NCBI GenBank assembly: GCA_037442105.1 | Contig: JBBIQV010000019.1 | Span: forward strand, 1-51,798 | Source: Nitrospiraceae bacterium | Lineage (GTDB): Bacteria; Nitrospirota; Nitrospiria; Nitrospirales; Nitrospiraceae | Reading direction: 5' to 3' | Length of the DNA stretch: 51,798 nt | Shown here: positions 1 through 10,156 of the stretch, piece after piece | Layout: the number at the start of each line of letters is the position of its first letter | Numbering within the stretch: position 1 is the first letter of the stretch | Made by a program: the position numbers and the translations under genes | Notes under the pieces: generated by a model | The model's database searches: none | The model's input: the letters and a program-made list of their open reading frames with translations, nothing else | What the model was told of the DNA's origin: nothing

Positions 1-51
1 GCCAGATTGTCAATCTGGAGGTCGCGGGTTCAAATCCCGTCGGCCCCGCCA
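1..51 (+). tRNA. tRNA-Asp(GTC), 5'-truncated by the window edge
   Basis: Anticodon arm CCAGA-TTGTCAA-TCTGG, T-arm GCGGG-TTCAAAT-CCCGT, and encoded 3' CCA ending at 51. Confidence 0.92.
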
Positions 52-123
52 TTTCTCCCTGCGTTTGCTACAATCCATAACGACTCAGTTTATGATCCGG
101 AGGGGAGGAGTTTCGTTCAACGA

Positions 124-852
124 ATGATGTTTCAGTCCGGTGTGTTTGGACTCATAGGTTCGCTCGGAATCGTCTCCAAGATTGTTCTGCTTCTGCTCTT
201 TTTGTTTTCCGTTCTGTCATGGGCGGTCATTCTCTACAAGTGGCGGGTATTTCGCACGGCTGACCAGGCGGATCAGCGGTTCTTAGTCGCATTTACCAGG
301 AGTAAAGATCTCGATGATCTGGTCCGCCAGGCGAGGAGGAGTGCCGGCGGGCCGACCGCCAAGGTTTTTCATAATGTCATGGACCGCTTCACTGTGGCTC
401 AGCCGGAAGCGGCAGCCGGACAGTCGGGAACCGTTTCCGTTCGGGAAGGCGAGGCGGTGGGCACCCTTGACCGCCAGTATGTAGAGCGGACGGTTGCGCA
501 CACGGTCCAGCACCAAATTTCCCAATTGGAAGCCTACCTCCCGGTGCTGGCGACGACCGGCAACATTACGCCGTTTGTCGGATTGCTGGGGACTGTGATG
601 GGCATTATCGATTCATTCCGCGAGATCGGAATGCAGGGAACCGCCAGCATCGCCGCCGTCGCTCCCGGAGTTTCTGAGGCTCTAGTCGCGACCGCAGCGG
701 GATTGTTTACGGCGATCCCGGCCGTCATTGCGTACAATTATTATTTGACGCGGATTCGGCGCACCGCCTTTCGGCTCGATACCTTCAGCGTAGAGCTGTT
801 GAATGCACTTCACCAGCGGATGAAGCATGGAACGGTGGGGGGCAGAGGATGA
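124..852 (+). CDS. tolQ: Tol-Pal proton channel TolQ (MotA/TolQ/ExbB family)
   Basis: Motifs TPFVGLLGTVMGI and APGVSEALVATAAGL; start moved to ATG 124 behind GGAGG because the longer ORF overlaps the tRNA; first gene of a tol-pal cluster. Confidence 0.9.
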   Translation: MMFQSGVFGLIGSLGIVSKIVLLLLFLFSVLSWAVILYKWRVFRTADQADQRFLVAFTRSKDLDDLVRQARRSAGGPTAKVFHNVMDRFTVAQPEAAAGQSGTVSVREGEAVGTLDRQYVERTVAHTVQHQISQLEAYLPVLATTGNITPFVGLLGTVMGIIDSFREIGMQGTASIAAVAPGVSEALVATAAGLFTAIPAVIAYNYYLTRIRRTAFRLDTFSVELLNALHQRMKHGTVGGRG

Positions 853-1301
853 CCTTCGAATCGCGACACCGGCGTTTTCTGGCGGAGATCAATGTGATCC
901 CACTGGTAGATGTCGTGCTCGTTCTTCTCGTGATTTTCATGGTCACGGCTCCGATGTTGTATCGCGGGATGGATATCAAGTTGCCTACGTCGGCGACCAA
1001 CACCATTAAACCGGAGATGCGCGCGGTGCTCACGATCGAGAAGGATCAGCGACTCTATCTGGATAAAGATCCTGTCAGCGTGGCTCAGCTTGAGCAGAAG
1101 CTCAAGGTCCTGAAGCAACAGAACAACGAGGTTTCCGTCTATTTACGAGCGGACCGGGATGTGCCCTACGGCGTGGTCGTTCAGGTGATGGATGGAGTGA
1201 AACGGGCCGGGATCGAAAAGCTGGGGATGGTGACCGATCCGGTGGCGCCGGAACGAGTGGGGAGTTCGGGGTCTGTCACGGTGGCGCCACGCAAGGGGTA
1301 G
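849..1301 (+). CDS. tolR: TolR/ExbD family protein
   Basis: EINVIPLVDVVLVLLVIFMVTAP and LRADRDVPYG motifs; ATGA overlap with tolQ. Confidence 0.9.
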   Translation: MTFESRHRRFLAEINVIPLVDVVLVLLVIFMVTAPMLYRGMDIKLPTSATNTIKPEMRAVLTIEKDQRLYLDKDPVSVAQLEQKLKVLKQQNNEVSVYLRADRDVPYGVVVQVMDGVKRAGIEKLGMVTDPVAPERVGSSGSVTVAPRKG

Positions 1302-1400
1302 CCTTGCCGGCCTTGTCCGTGAGATCGAGGTCGTCGCGGAAGTCTCGCGGAAGTCTGTTGAACGCCTCTCTCCCGATCGAGCTCGGCAAGATGATTCGCT

Positions 1401-2510
1401 ATGGCAACGCAAACCTATCCGACGCAAACAAGGATTTTCTTCATCGACAGTCGATTGGACCTGGCAAGCCGCCGTCTGGGATGGACTGTCGCCGTCTCAC
1501 TGCTCCTGCATCTCTGTGTCTTGGCCTTCGTCGCTGGCGTCCGGTTCACGCATACGGGCGAACGGCCGCTGACAGCGGTCCAGGTGACGTTGGTGAGTTT
1601 GCCGGTGTTACCCAAGCCGGCTACCGAATCCGCTTCCAGGCCGACGCCGGCGCCTGTGGCGGCTCATCCCGCCCCTGTACCTACGCCGGTTCCAGTGCCT
1701 GCCGCGCCTGCCTCCCGCAGCGAGGCCCAGGGAGTCAAACGCGCCTCTGGTGATGTGATGCGGGATGTGCTCCGCGGGATCGAATTGCCTCCTGATGCGC
1801 CACAATTCGGAGATATCAGCCCCTCGAAGCCGATTGCCGAACCGCAACGGCAAGTGACGACGAAAACGGAGCGGTCCGCCGAAAAGCTTCAGAGGGATCT
1901 CGATTCGTTGCTCGGGAAATTGAAAGTGCCGGAGCTTCGGATGACCACCGATGCTCCAGTGGAACAAGCGAAGCCGGCTAAGCCGGTAGCAACGGCGCCG
2001 GACCGGTCTTCCTTCTCTGAAGAGGTCGATCGCGAGCTTGAAAAGGAGCTGAAGAAGTTGCAATCTCCGCCTCCTGTTCGCAAAATTCCGGAGCTGGTCA
2101 AAGAGACCAAGCCGCAAGCTCAGGAGGTCCCTTCTCGGCCGGTGCCGCCGGTGACGGCGAAAGTGCCGAATGCGAAAATTCCGGACACCATGCTGAAAGC
2201 GCCTGGGTCATCGTCAGGGTCGAACCAGTACCTTGCCAGAGTTCAGGCCATCATCAGCAGCAAGTGGACCGCGCCGCCGGTGGATGTGTCGGGGCAGAGG
2301 CTGACTGTGGTGATCAGATTCCGCCTCGATCGGTCGGGAAAAGTAAGCGGGGTGACGGTTGAACGATCATCGGGAAACGATTATTACGACCTAGCGGGGC
2401 AGCGGGCGGTCCTGTATGCCAACCCCCTTCCGGTCTTTCCGCCGGAGATGGCGGACTCGTCTTTGGACGCGCATTTCACCTTCTCGGTCGGGGAGCAACA
2501 GGCGGGATAA
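1401..2510 (+). CDS. tolA: TolA/TonB-like energy transducer
   Basis: N-terminal TM helix with SLLLH, Pro-rich spacer, C-terminal TonB_2-like domain (ISSKW...RSSGNDYYD); lies between tolR and tolB. Confidence 0.8.
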   Translation: MATQTYPTQTRIFFIDSRLDLASRRLGWTVAVSLLLHLCVLAFVAGVRFTHTGERPLTAVQVTLVSLPVLPKPATESASRPTPAPVAAHPAPVPTPVPVPAAPASRSEAQGVKRASGDVMRDVLRGIELPPDAPQFGDISPSKPIAEPQRQVTTKTERSAEKLQRDLDSLLGKLKVPELRMTTDAPVEQAKPAKPVATAPDRSSFSEEVDRELEKELKKLQSPPPVRKIPELVKETKPQAQEVPSRPVPPVTAKVPNAKIPDTMLKAPGSSSGSNQYLARVQAIISSKWTAPPVDVSGQRLTVVIRFRLDRSGKVSGVTVERSSGNDYYDLAGQRAVLYANPLPVFPPEMADSSLDAHFTFSVGEQQAG

Positions 2511-2512
2511 GA

Positions 2513-3838
2513 ATGATGACCACCGCGCGTTTTCTCATATGCAGCCTTTTCATCGGCGCTGTCGGAGTTGGTATTTTGGAGTCCAATGCTGCCGATGTGT
2601 TTCTTGAGGCAACAAGGCCTGATTTCCAGAAGATCCCGATCGGGGTTTTCGGATTTCAAAATGGTACCGGACCGGCGTGGCTTGGCGGGCGCATTGAAGA
2701 GGTGTTCAAGGCTGATCTGCGGCGGTCTCTTGTTTTCTCGCTCGTCGATCTGCCTGCCCTCGGCATCAAAGTGCGGGATGTCGGGGGCGAGGACAAAACG
2801 CTGTTCAAGCAAGCGACCGACAACGGCGTGTCCGTTTTGGTGTGGGGAAAAACCAGCACGAAAGAATCCGACAAAGATACCGACGTCATGATGGATGGGT
2901 ACGTCTACGACGGCGGAAGCGACGAGGTGGTGGGAGGGAAGCGGTATGTCGGTTCCCCTTCCGTCGTGCGGCTCATGGCTCACCGCTTTGCCGACGAACT
3001 GGTGTTCCGGTACACAGGTGAGCCGGGTATTGCCAGGACCAGGATCGCGTTCGTCTCGGAACAGGGAGGCGCCCGTGAGTTGTTCGTGATGGACTACGAT
3101 GGTTACGAGCCCCGACAGATTACCGCCGACGGCTTCCTGAATCTGATGCCGCGGTGGTCGCCGGACCGTCGTTTTCTGGTGTTCACCGCGTATCGCAACC
3201 GGAACACGCAAGATATCGACATGATCGAACTCGCGACCGGCAAGCGATGGACTCTGGTTTCATTGAATGGCCTCAACATTACGCCGGCGCTCTCCCCCGA
3301 TGGAAACTACCTGGCATTTGCCACGAGTCAAGACGGCAACTCGGAGATCTATAAACTGGATACCCGCAGCAAAAGCTTGCAACGACTGACCATCAATCCG
3401 GCCGGTGACCTCTCCCCGTCTTGGTCGCCGTCCGGTCGAGAGATCGTCTTTACGTCCGATCGTGGCGGAGGGCCTCAGGTGTTTTTGATGAGCGCCGATG
3501 GGTCCAATGTCCGGCGGTTGACCTATGAAGGAGACTATAATGCGGCGCCGGCGTGGTCGCCACGAGGAAACTGGATTGCGTATGTCTGCCGCACGCCAGC
3601 GAAACAGTACAAGCTGTGTTTGATCACACCGGACGGGCAAAAGCGAGTCCAGCTCACAAGCGGGACGGGTATCGATGATTCCCCTTCCTGGTCGCCCGAC
3701 GGACGCCATCTGGTTTTCAGCTCCACAACGGAGGGGCAAAGCCATATTTATATGATCAATGCGGATGGGAAGGACCAGGAGCGATTGACCTTTATCGGGG
3801 TGCACAATAGTTCCCCCTCCTGGTCTCCGGCCTTCTAG
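2513..3838 (+). CDS. tolB: Tol-Pal beta-propeller protein TolB
   Basis: Signal peptide, AHRFADE motif, repeated PD40 units (PxWSPDG). Confidence 0.93.
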   Translation: MMTTARFLICSLFIGAVGVGILESNAADVFLEATRPDFQKIPIGVFGFQNGTGPAWLGGRIEEVFKADLRRSLVFSLVDLPALGIKVRDVGGEDKTLFKQATDNGVSVLVWGKTSTKESDKDTDVMMDGYVYDGGSDEVVGGKRYVGSPSVVRLMAHRFADELVFRYTGEPGIARTRIAFVSEQGGARELFVMDYDGYEPRQITADGFLNLMPRWSPDRRFLVFTAYRNRNTQDIDMIELATGKRWTLVSLNGLNITPALSPDGNYLAFATSQDGNSEIYKLDTRSKSLQRLTINPAGDLSPSWSPSGREIVFTSDRGGGPQVFLMSADGSNVRRLTYEGDYNAAPAWSPRGNWIAYVCRTPAKQYKLCLITPDGQKRVQLTSGTGIDDSPSWSPDGRHLVFSSTTEGQSHIYMINADGKDQERLTFIGVHNSSPSWSPAF

Positions 3839-3959
3839 CCCGCATTATTCGCCCCTCGACGGCCTAACGGAAGTGTTCATAAATGATCTGGGCTGGTATA
3901 TACTGGGTCAATTTTTGAGAACGGACAAGACCTGTTATCTTCAACAAAGGAGTAGACGC

Positions 3960-4763
3960 ATGCGTGAGCAAGTCTTTACATCCTGTGCGGCTATGATCGT
4001 AGCTGTGACATTAATCGGCGCGCCGGGTTGCTCGAAAAAGTCGGTACAGTCCGGAGGGGATGCACAGTTCTCCGGACAGGGAACGGCGAAATCCAGCCGG
4101 CCTGCGATGGCTGAATCGAGCGGAACTGGAGGCGGGGGATCAGTGGGAGATCGCGGAGGATCGATGGAGTCTGGAGGTAGCGGCACTAGCTCTGTAGGTC
4201 CTGGCGGTGTGGGTTCGGACTTTCCTTCGCCGGCATTGGCCGGTCGAGGCCAGGAAGAGGGTGGTGGGGCCGGTGGCTTGAAAGGGCTGGATGCGGTCAA
4301 AGAGGGCAAGGGTCCCTCCGAAGAACGAATCGGTGGCGGTGGAGCCATAGTCGCCAAAGCGGACACGGGTGCCAGCGCGGCTCGTCAGATGGAAGGTGTC
4401 CGGCGTGAACAAGCCGCTGCGGTAGCAGCGGGAATGCGAGACGTGTTTTTCGCGTACGATAGTTGGACGATTAGCGGAGACGGCCGCCAAGCCTTGGCGT
4501 ATGACGCGGAATGGATCAAGGCCAACCAGGCCGCACAGGTGAAGATCGAAGGACACTGTGACGAACGGGGCACGTTGGCCTACAATTTGGTGTTGGGTGA
4601 GAAGCGGGCCAAAGCGGTGCGGAACTATCTTGTCGAGCTGGGAGTCGGCGCCAACCGGATGGCGGTTGTGTCCTATGGGAAGGAACGGCCATTTTGCAAG
4701 GAGCACGCAGAGTCCTGCTACCAGCAGAATCGCCGAGGCCATCTGGTGCTGCGGACCAAGTAG
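3960..4763 (+). CDS. pal: Peptidoglycan-associated lipoprotein Pal with a long Gly/Ser linker
   Basis: Lipobox-like APGC; OmpA_C motifs IEGHCDERGTLAYNLVLGEKRA, SYGKERP, QNRR; start ATG 3960 behind AAGGAG. Confidence 0.9.
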   Translation: MREQVFTSCAAMIVAVTLIGAPGCSKKSVQSGGDAQFSGQGTAKSSRPAMAESSGTGGGGSVGDRGGSMESGGSGTSSVGPGGVGSDFPSPALAGRGQEEGGGAGGLKGLDAVKEGKGPSEERIGGGGAIVAKADTGASAARQMEGVRREQAAAVAAGMRDVFFAYDSWTISGDGRQALAYDAEWIKANQAAQVKIEGHCDERGTLAYNLVLGEKRAKAVRNYLVELGVGANRMAVVSYGKERPFCKEHAESCYQQNRRGHLVLRTK

Positions 4764-4789
4764 TTCATCGAGGCGTGGGGCGTCTATAT

Positions 4790-6445
4790 ATGAAGGACCA
4801 CTTCCGGGGACAGCTTGGTTGGCTAGCGGTGTCAGTTGCGATCACAGCCTTGTCCGGGTGTGTGGCGCAGCAGGCCGACTTGAAACAAGCGGAGCGAGAT
4901 CTGCAGAAGAAAATCAAACAGTCAAACGAAGAACTTGCTCAGACCAGGGCACGGCAAAGCCAGGAGATTTCGTCGATTCGGGAGCAGGAATTGCCGGCAC
5001 TGAAGGGTGATCTTGAGAAGGCTTTGCACCAAGGAAAGGTTCTGGAAAACAGACTGGATGATTTGCAGGCCAAACTCGAATCCCGCATCGAAAAGCGCAG
5101 CGCCGATCAAGATCGCCGAGCCGCTGAACAGGACAAGCGGCTGAGCGACATTGCCAAGCAGTTGCTCGATCAAGATAGGCAGATAGCGGCTGACCGAGAT
5201 CGGACGAAGGTCGAAAACGAGCAACTATGGGCCGAGATCGCAAGGAATCTGGATCAGATGCGCGCCCACTTGGATTCCGTGCAGAGAACCATCGTTGAGG
5301 CTGTGAAAAAGACGACGGACGAGTCCTCGAAGAAGATCGATGTTCGCCTGGAGGTGCAACAGAAAGATATTCACGCCCTGGAAGCGAAGTCGGCGGCTCT
5401 GAGTCAGCAGGCAGAGGCGCAGAATCGATCGCATAAAGACCAACTCGATAAAGTTAACCATGCGCTGACGAACTTCAAAGAAGCGCTGACAGGGTTAGGA
5501 GAAAAATTGGTCCGCCAAGAGGAGGCAACCTCGCAGTTGTCGATGTCGCTCTCTCAGCAGAGCGCGGCCCTCTCGAAGCGCGCGGATGCATTGTCGGCCA
5601 AGGTGGAGGCTGATATGAAAGCCTCGACCACTCACATTAACGAGGTGAACAAGGCGTTGATGGGGCATCTGGGCGAGGTGAACAAAAGCGTTGCCTCTGT
5701 AGTCAAGGCCCTGGAGACCATGGGGGGCAAGTTCATGACGCGGATCGACGAGCAGGACCGGCGGCTGGACGATCTCTCCAAGGACCTCTCTCAGAAATTC
5801 ACAACGCGGATGGATGAGCAGGATCGGCGGTTGGAGGACCTCTCCAAAGGTATGTCTCAACTGCGCGGCGCCGGCAAGCCAGGACAACGCCAACAGAGTC
5901 AGAAACCAGCTCACCGTTCCGTCCAGGTTCCAGTGCCGACGCCGGCGGAGGTTTCAACGCCGTCGGAGCCTGAATCAGCGCCGGCCTCGGAAGCCGCGGT
6001 GGCGCAAGCCTCTGCCGAGCCGCCGGCAATACCAACACCGGCGCCCGCGGTTGAGATGGAACATCCAGACAAGGACGCATACGAGCGCGTGCTCACTCTG
6101 TTCAAAAATGGCGACTTGGAGGGGGCGCGGCAGGGCTTTGCATCGTTTCTGGCGGACTATCCTCATTCGGAGCTGGCTCCGAATGCGCGCTATTGGCTCG
6201 GAGAGTCCTATTATGGCAAGAAAGATTTCAAGCGCGCGATCGATGCATATGACCGGGTTGAGACCGATTACCCGCAGAGCGAGAAGGTCCCGGCAGCCTT
6301 GCTGAAGAAGGGTTATGCCTATCTGGCACTGAAGGATCGCAAGCGAGCGTCCTCGGCGTTCAAGCAGGTGGTGACGTTATATCCCAGGAGTCCAGAGGCC
6401 GGGAAAGCGTCGGACAAACTGTCGCAGTTGAAGGAGTCGCACTAG
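4790..6445 (+). CDS. cpoB: CpoB/YbgF-like lipoprotein with an extended coiled coil
   Basis: Lipobox LSGC, long heptad region, C-terminal TPR with YPHSELAPNARYWLGESYY and KVPAALLKKG. Confidence 0.8.
   Translation: MKDHFRGQLGWLAVSVAITALSGCVAQQADLKQAERDLQKKIKQSNEELAQTRARQSQEISSIREQELPALKGDLEKALHQGKVLENRLDDLQAKLESRIEKRSADQDRRAAEQDKRLSDIAKQLLDQDRQIAADRDRTKVENEQLWAEIARNLDQMRAHLDSVQRTIVEAVKKTTDESSKKIDVRLEVQQKDIHALEAKSAALSQQAEAQNRSHKDQLDKVNHALTNFKEALTGLGEKLVRQEEATSQLSMSLSQQSAALSKRADALSAKVEADMKASTTHINEVNKALMGHLGEVNKSVASVVKALETMGGKFMTRIDEQDRRLDDLSKDLSQKFTTRMDEQDRRLEDLSKGMSQLRGAGKPGQRQQSQKPAHRSVQVPVPTPAEVSTPSEPESAPASEAAVAQASAEPPAIPTPAPAVEMEHPDKDAYERVLTLFKNGDLEGARQGFASFLADYPHSELAPNARYWLGESYYGKKDFKRAIDAYDRVETDYPQSEKVPAALLKKGYAYLALKDRKRASSAFKQVVTLYPRSPEAGKASDKLSQLKESH
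5729..5860 (+). repeat. 66-bp in-frame tandem duplication inside cpoB
   Basis: KFMTRIDEQDRRLDDLSKDLSQ followed by KFTTRMDEQDRRLEDLSKGMSQ, 66-nt period. Confidence 0.9.
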
Positions 6446-7233
6446 TGACCATACACCGTCCACCACGCATTGCGTCCTTGTTCCTGGTTGGATCACTCTT
6501 GCTCGTCTGGATCACCGGTTGCGCCAAACATGCCGACTTTATTGAACTGCGGGACCAGCTTGCTACCATCGCCAAGACACAGGAACAAGAACAGAAACGC
6601 GCCGAGGCGATGCAGCGGCGAATCGAGTCGCTGGAAAAGGCCAAGGATTCGGATGTCGCCAAGCAGCGGCTCGACGATGCTCTGGCCCGGCTTCAGAAGT
6701 TGGAAAAACTGGAAGGTCGGTTGGCCAAGGTGGAAGAAGTCCCCCCTCCCACTTCAGCTACGAAAGCCGACAGCCCTGCGGAAACGTTGCGCCAGGCAAA
6801 GACCACCAAACCGACCGGTCCAACGGATCTTTCGCCGGTAATCCCCGGTCTGCCGTCCATCACTCCGACGTCGGCCTTTAATCTCGCATACAATGACTAT
6901 CTCAACGGCAAATACGAACTCGCCGTAACGGGGTTTCATCGCTTTCTCAAAGATTTCCCCTCCACATCCCTTACGCCAAACGCTCATTATTGGCTCGGGG
7001 AGTCCTACTACAACATGAAGGATTATGTACGGGCGATGCAGTCCTTTGAACACGTGGTGAGCGAGTATCCGGGGAACGAAAAAGTACCGGCTTCCCTGTT
7101 CAAACTAGGACTCTCCGCAGCGGAGACCGGCGACCTCGCCAAGTCCCGCAAATATCTGAAGCGCGTGATCGAGGAGTTCTCGACGTCCGACGAAGCGAAG
7201 CTCGCCAAGGCTAAGTTGGCCGAAATTCGATGA
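6445..7233 (+). CDS. cpoB: Second CpoB/YbgF-like TPR lipoprotein
   Basis: Lipobox ITGC; FPSTSLTPNAHYWLGESYY and KVPASLFKLG. Confidence 0.82.
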   Translation: MTIHRPPRIASLFLVGSLLLVWITGCAKHADFIELRDQLATIAKTQEQEQKRAEAMQRRIESLEKAKDSDVAKQRLDDALARLQKLEKLEGRLAKVEEVPPPTSATKADSPAETLRQAKTTKPTGPTDLSPVIPGLPSITPTSAFNLAYNDYLNGKYELAVTGFHRFLKDFPSTSLTPNAHYWLGESYYNMKDYVRAMQSFEHVVSEYPGNEKVPASLFKLGLSAAETGDLAKSRKYLKRVIEEFSTSDEAKLAKAKLAEIR

Positions 7234-7299
7234 CGCCAGGCCGTCCGCGACCTCTCTCCTGCCAACGGCCCGTCTGCCTGTCTCCGGGGGCATGATGCG

Positions 7300-9075
7300 A
7301 TGATTTCCACAAGCAGCCATGGACGAATCCTCGTGTTGCCCGGCGACGTGGTCAGCCGCATCGCGGCCGGCGAGGTGATTGAGCGGCCTGCGGCCGTCGT
7401 CAAGGAGTTGATCGAGAACAGTCTCGATGCCGGCAGCACCGGCATCACGATCGAGGTCAAGGAGGGAGGGCTCCGGCTGATTCGCGTCACCGATAACGGT
7501 GCAGGTATGAATCGCCGGGACGCGCCGTTGGCGTTCGAGCGGCACGCCACGAGCAAGTTGCGGTCGGATCAGGACCTGGCGGCCATCCGCACGATGGGCT
7601 TCCGCGGGGAAGCGTTGCCCAGCATCGCCTCCGTGTCCAAGGTCCGGGTGACCACCGCGACGCGGGAGGACGCCGTCGGTACCCGGCTGGTCGTGACGGC
7701 CGGAACCGTGACGAAAATCGACGATGTGGCGACCGTTCCAGGAACGAGCGTCGAAGTAGAGGATCTATTTTTCAACACGCCGGCGCGGAAGAAGTTCCTG
7801 AAGTCGACGGCCACCGAGTTCTCCCACATCAGCCATGTCGTCCAGCAGATCTGCCTGGCTTGGCCGGCGGTGCAGTTTCGCCTGGTCCACAACGGGCAGG
7901 AGGTCCTCAATTGCCCGGCTGCCGCGTCGGATCGCGATCGTATTCTCCAGATCTATCATGCCGGCTTCCTCGATCGTTCGATTGAAGTGCGGGGCGAGCG
8001 CGCCGGTATTCGCCTGAGCGGTTTCACCGTCAATGCGGTTCATGCGCGCGCGTCGAAGAGCCCGCAGGATCTTTTCGTCAACCGGCGACCGGTCCGGAAC
8101 GCGACGGTATGGCACGGCGTGGCGGATGGCTATGGCTCCTTCCTGGCCAAAGGCGTCCATCCGGTCTTTGTCCTGTTCCTGGACGTTGAGTCGAGCCGCG
8201 TCGATGTGAATGTCCACCCGGCCAAACGTGAGGTCCGGTTCGTGGACGCCGATGTGGTTCATCAAGTAGTCCGGCAGGCCGTCCGTGAGGCTTTAGGGGA
8301 GGGACAGCGAACGCCTCAAGCGGGAGAGGGTGCGTCCCGGGCGGGCAGTCCCCCGCCATCAACTGATTGTCGTGCATCGACCGCTGTTGTGCCGGATCAA
8401 AGTTCAGAAACTGCTCCTCATCGGTTTGTGCGTGATGCGGCAGAGCAGCAAGTTTCCTTTATCCAAGAAGCGTCACCGGCCTATCTTCCCGCCGGCAGCC
8501 ACGAGGTAATTCCGTTGGGGCAGATGAGCCGCACTTTCTTGGTGGCCCAGGTCGGTTCGGAGCTGCAAGTCATCGATCAACACACCGCGCATGAACGTGT
8601 CCTGTTCGAGCGGTTGTGGCGACGATGGCAGAGTCACGACGTCCAGGTGCAGCCGTTGTTGCTGCCGGATCCGATCGAGCTGCCGTTACAGAAGGCGATT
8701 TTGTTGCAGCGCCATCTCGCCGACCTGGAAAAGCTCGGCTTGGTGATCGAGCCTTTCGGGGTGACGGCGTTTCTCGTTCGCGCGTTGCCGACGGTGCTGG
8801 GCGACTGCGATGCATCGGCCTTGGTCCAGGATTTGGTCGAGGACTTGTCACTGTGGGATGCCCCGTCTTCGCTCGAAGCCAAGGTGCGACCGGTCATGGC
8901 GTCGCTGGCCTGCCACGGAGCGGTGCGAGCGGGTCGCACGATGGCGTTGCCGGAGATCAAGCGACTCATCGAAGATTGGGTGCAGGAAGGACTCATTATG
9001 ACCTGTCCGCACGGACGCCGTGTGGCGTTGCGGCTCTCGGCGGATGAGCTGGCTCGCATGTTCGGACGAGTGTAA
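7300..9075 (+). CDS. mutL: DNA mismatch repair endonuclease MutL
   Basis: IAAGEVIERPAAVVKELIENSLDAG, GFRGEAL, DVNVHPAK, endonuclease motifs DQHTAHER, ACH and CPHGR. Confidence 0.96.
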   Translation: MISTSSHGRILVLPGDVVSRIAAGEVIERPAAVVKELIENSLDAGSTGITIEVKEGGLRLIRVTDNGAGMNRRDAPLAFERHATSKLRSDQDLAAIRTMGFRGEALPSIASVSKVRVTTATREDAVGTRLVVTAGTVTKIDDVATVPGTSVEVEDLFFNTPARKKFLKSTATEFSHISHVVQQICLAWPAVQFRLVHNGQEVLNCPAAASDRDRILQIYHAGFLDRSIEVRGERAGIRLSGFTVNAVHARASKSPQDLFVNRRPVRNATVWHGVADGYGSFLAKGVHPVFVLFLDVESSRVDVNVHPAKREVRFVDADVVHQVVRQAVREALGEGQRTPQAGEGASRAGSPPPSTDCRASTAVVPDQSSETAPHRFVRDAAEQQVSFIQEASPAYLPAGSHEVIPLGQMSRTFLVAQVGSELQVIDQHTAHERVLFERLWRRWQSHDVQVQPLLLPDPIELPLQKAILLQRHLADLEKLGLVIEPFGVTAFLVRALPTVLGDCDASALVQDLVEDLSLWDAPSSLEAKVRPVMASLACHGAVRAGRTMALPEIKRLIEDWVQEGLIMTCPHGRRVALRLSADELARMFGRV

Positions 9076-9080
9076 GGCCG

Positions 9081-9177
9081 GTGACGAGTGATGGGTTATC
9101 GGTGATGAATTGCCGGATCGCGGAGCAGTCGTGAAAATCCAATCTCTCCCCATCACTCATCCCCCATCACTCATCAC
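9081..9177. repeat. Heptamer-built inverted repeat spanning the miaA start
   Basis: GTGACGAGTGATGGG (9081) pairs with CCCATCACTCATCAC (9163-9177), 1 mismatch. Confidence 0.7.
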
Positions 9178-10156
9178 TGACAAGAAGCCGCTCCTCGTGC
9201 TGGTGGGGCCGACGGCGGTGGGCAAAAGCGACATCGCGGTGCACGTTGCCGCTTCGCTCGGGACGGAGGTGCTCACGGCCGATTCCCGGCAAGTCTATCG
9301 CGGCATGGATATCGGGATGGACAAGCCGAGCCTCGATCAGCGCCGGGGGGTGCCGCATCGCCTGATCGATCTGGTGAATCCGGACCAGCCTTTCAATGCC
9401 GGGATGTTTCGCCGCCATGCGATCGAGGAGATCGAGCGGCTTCATCGAGAGCGGAAGCTTCCGTTGGTGGTCGGCGGCACAGGGTTGTATGTGCGAACGC
9501 TCGTGCGCGGGTTGTGCGATGCTCCGCAGGCCGATCCGGAGTTTCGTGCCATGATCTTGCGTGAGGCTCACGAGAAGGGAGGCTGCTTCCTCTATGAGCG
9601 GTTGACTTGCGTGGACCCGGAGTCGGCCAGTCGCCTCCATCCGCACGACGAAGTGAAAATTCTGAGGGCTTTGGAGGTCCATCACCTATTGGGGCGTCCT
9701 CTCTCCGAGGTTCATCGCGATCACGAATTCGGCGAGATGCCCTTCGTATCCTGTGTGATTGGTCTCATACGGGGGCGCGAAGCCTTGTATCGCCGGATCG
9801 AAGACCGTGTCGAATTGCAGTTGGCGAAGGGGCTGGTGGTGGAAACCGAGCGGCTCCTGGCCCAGGGGTATCGCCGTGATCTTGGGTCTATGAAGGGATT
9901 GGGGTACCGGCAGATTGCCGGCTATCTAGCCGGCGAGTACGATTATGCGGAAGCGGTGCGCCGGCTCAAACGCGACACGCGCCGGTTTGCCAAACGCCAG
10001 TTGACATGGTTCCGGAAAGAGCCGGGCCTCACCTGGCTCTCAATCGAGGATCACGAATCCTCCGAGCAGGTCGCAGAGCGGATCTTGATTCAAATCGAGG
10101 CGTTTCTGGCGACCCTCGCGGATGATAGGCAAGGAGCAGAGGAGTTGGCTTCATGA
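9131..10156 (+). CDS. miaA: tRNA dimethylallyltransferase
   Basis: GPTAVGKS, DSRQVYRGMDIG, VGGTGLY, FAKRQLTWF; GTG 9131 behind GGAG chosen as start (uncertain). Confidence 0.95.
   Translation: MKIQSLPITHPPSLITDKKPLLVLVGPTAVGKSDIAVHVAASLGTEVLTADSRQVYRGMDIGMDKPSLDQRRGVPHRLIDLVNPDQPFNAGMFRRHAIEEIERLHRERKLPLVVGGTGLYVRTLVRGLCDAPQADPEFRAMILREAHEKGGCFLYERLTCVDPESASRLHPHDEVKILRALEVHHLLGRPLSEVHRDHEFGEMPFVSCVIGLIRGREALYRRIEDRVELQLAKGLVVETERLLAQGYRRDLGSMKGLGYRQIAGYLAGEYDYAEAVRRLKRDTRRFAKRQLTWFRKEPGLTWLSIEDHESSEQVAERILIQIEAFLATLADDRQGAEELAS

Noticed and set aside
1..123. tRNA-Asp as an island integration site; 39-aa N-terminal extension of TolQ
   Set aside because: Core tol-pal genes follow directly, with no integrase or duplicated tRNA 3' end seen; the extension just reads through the tRNA
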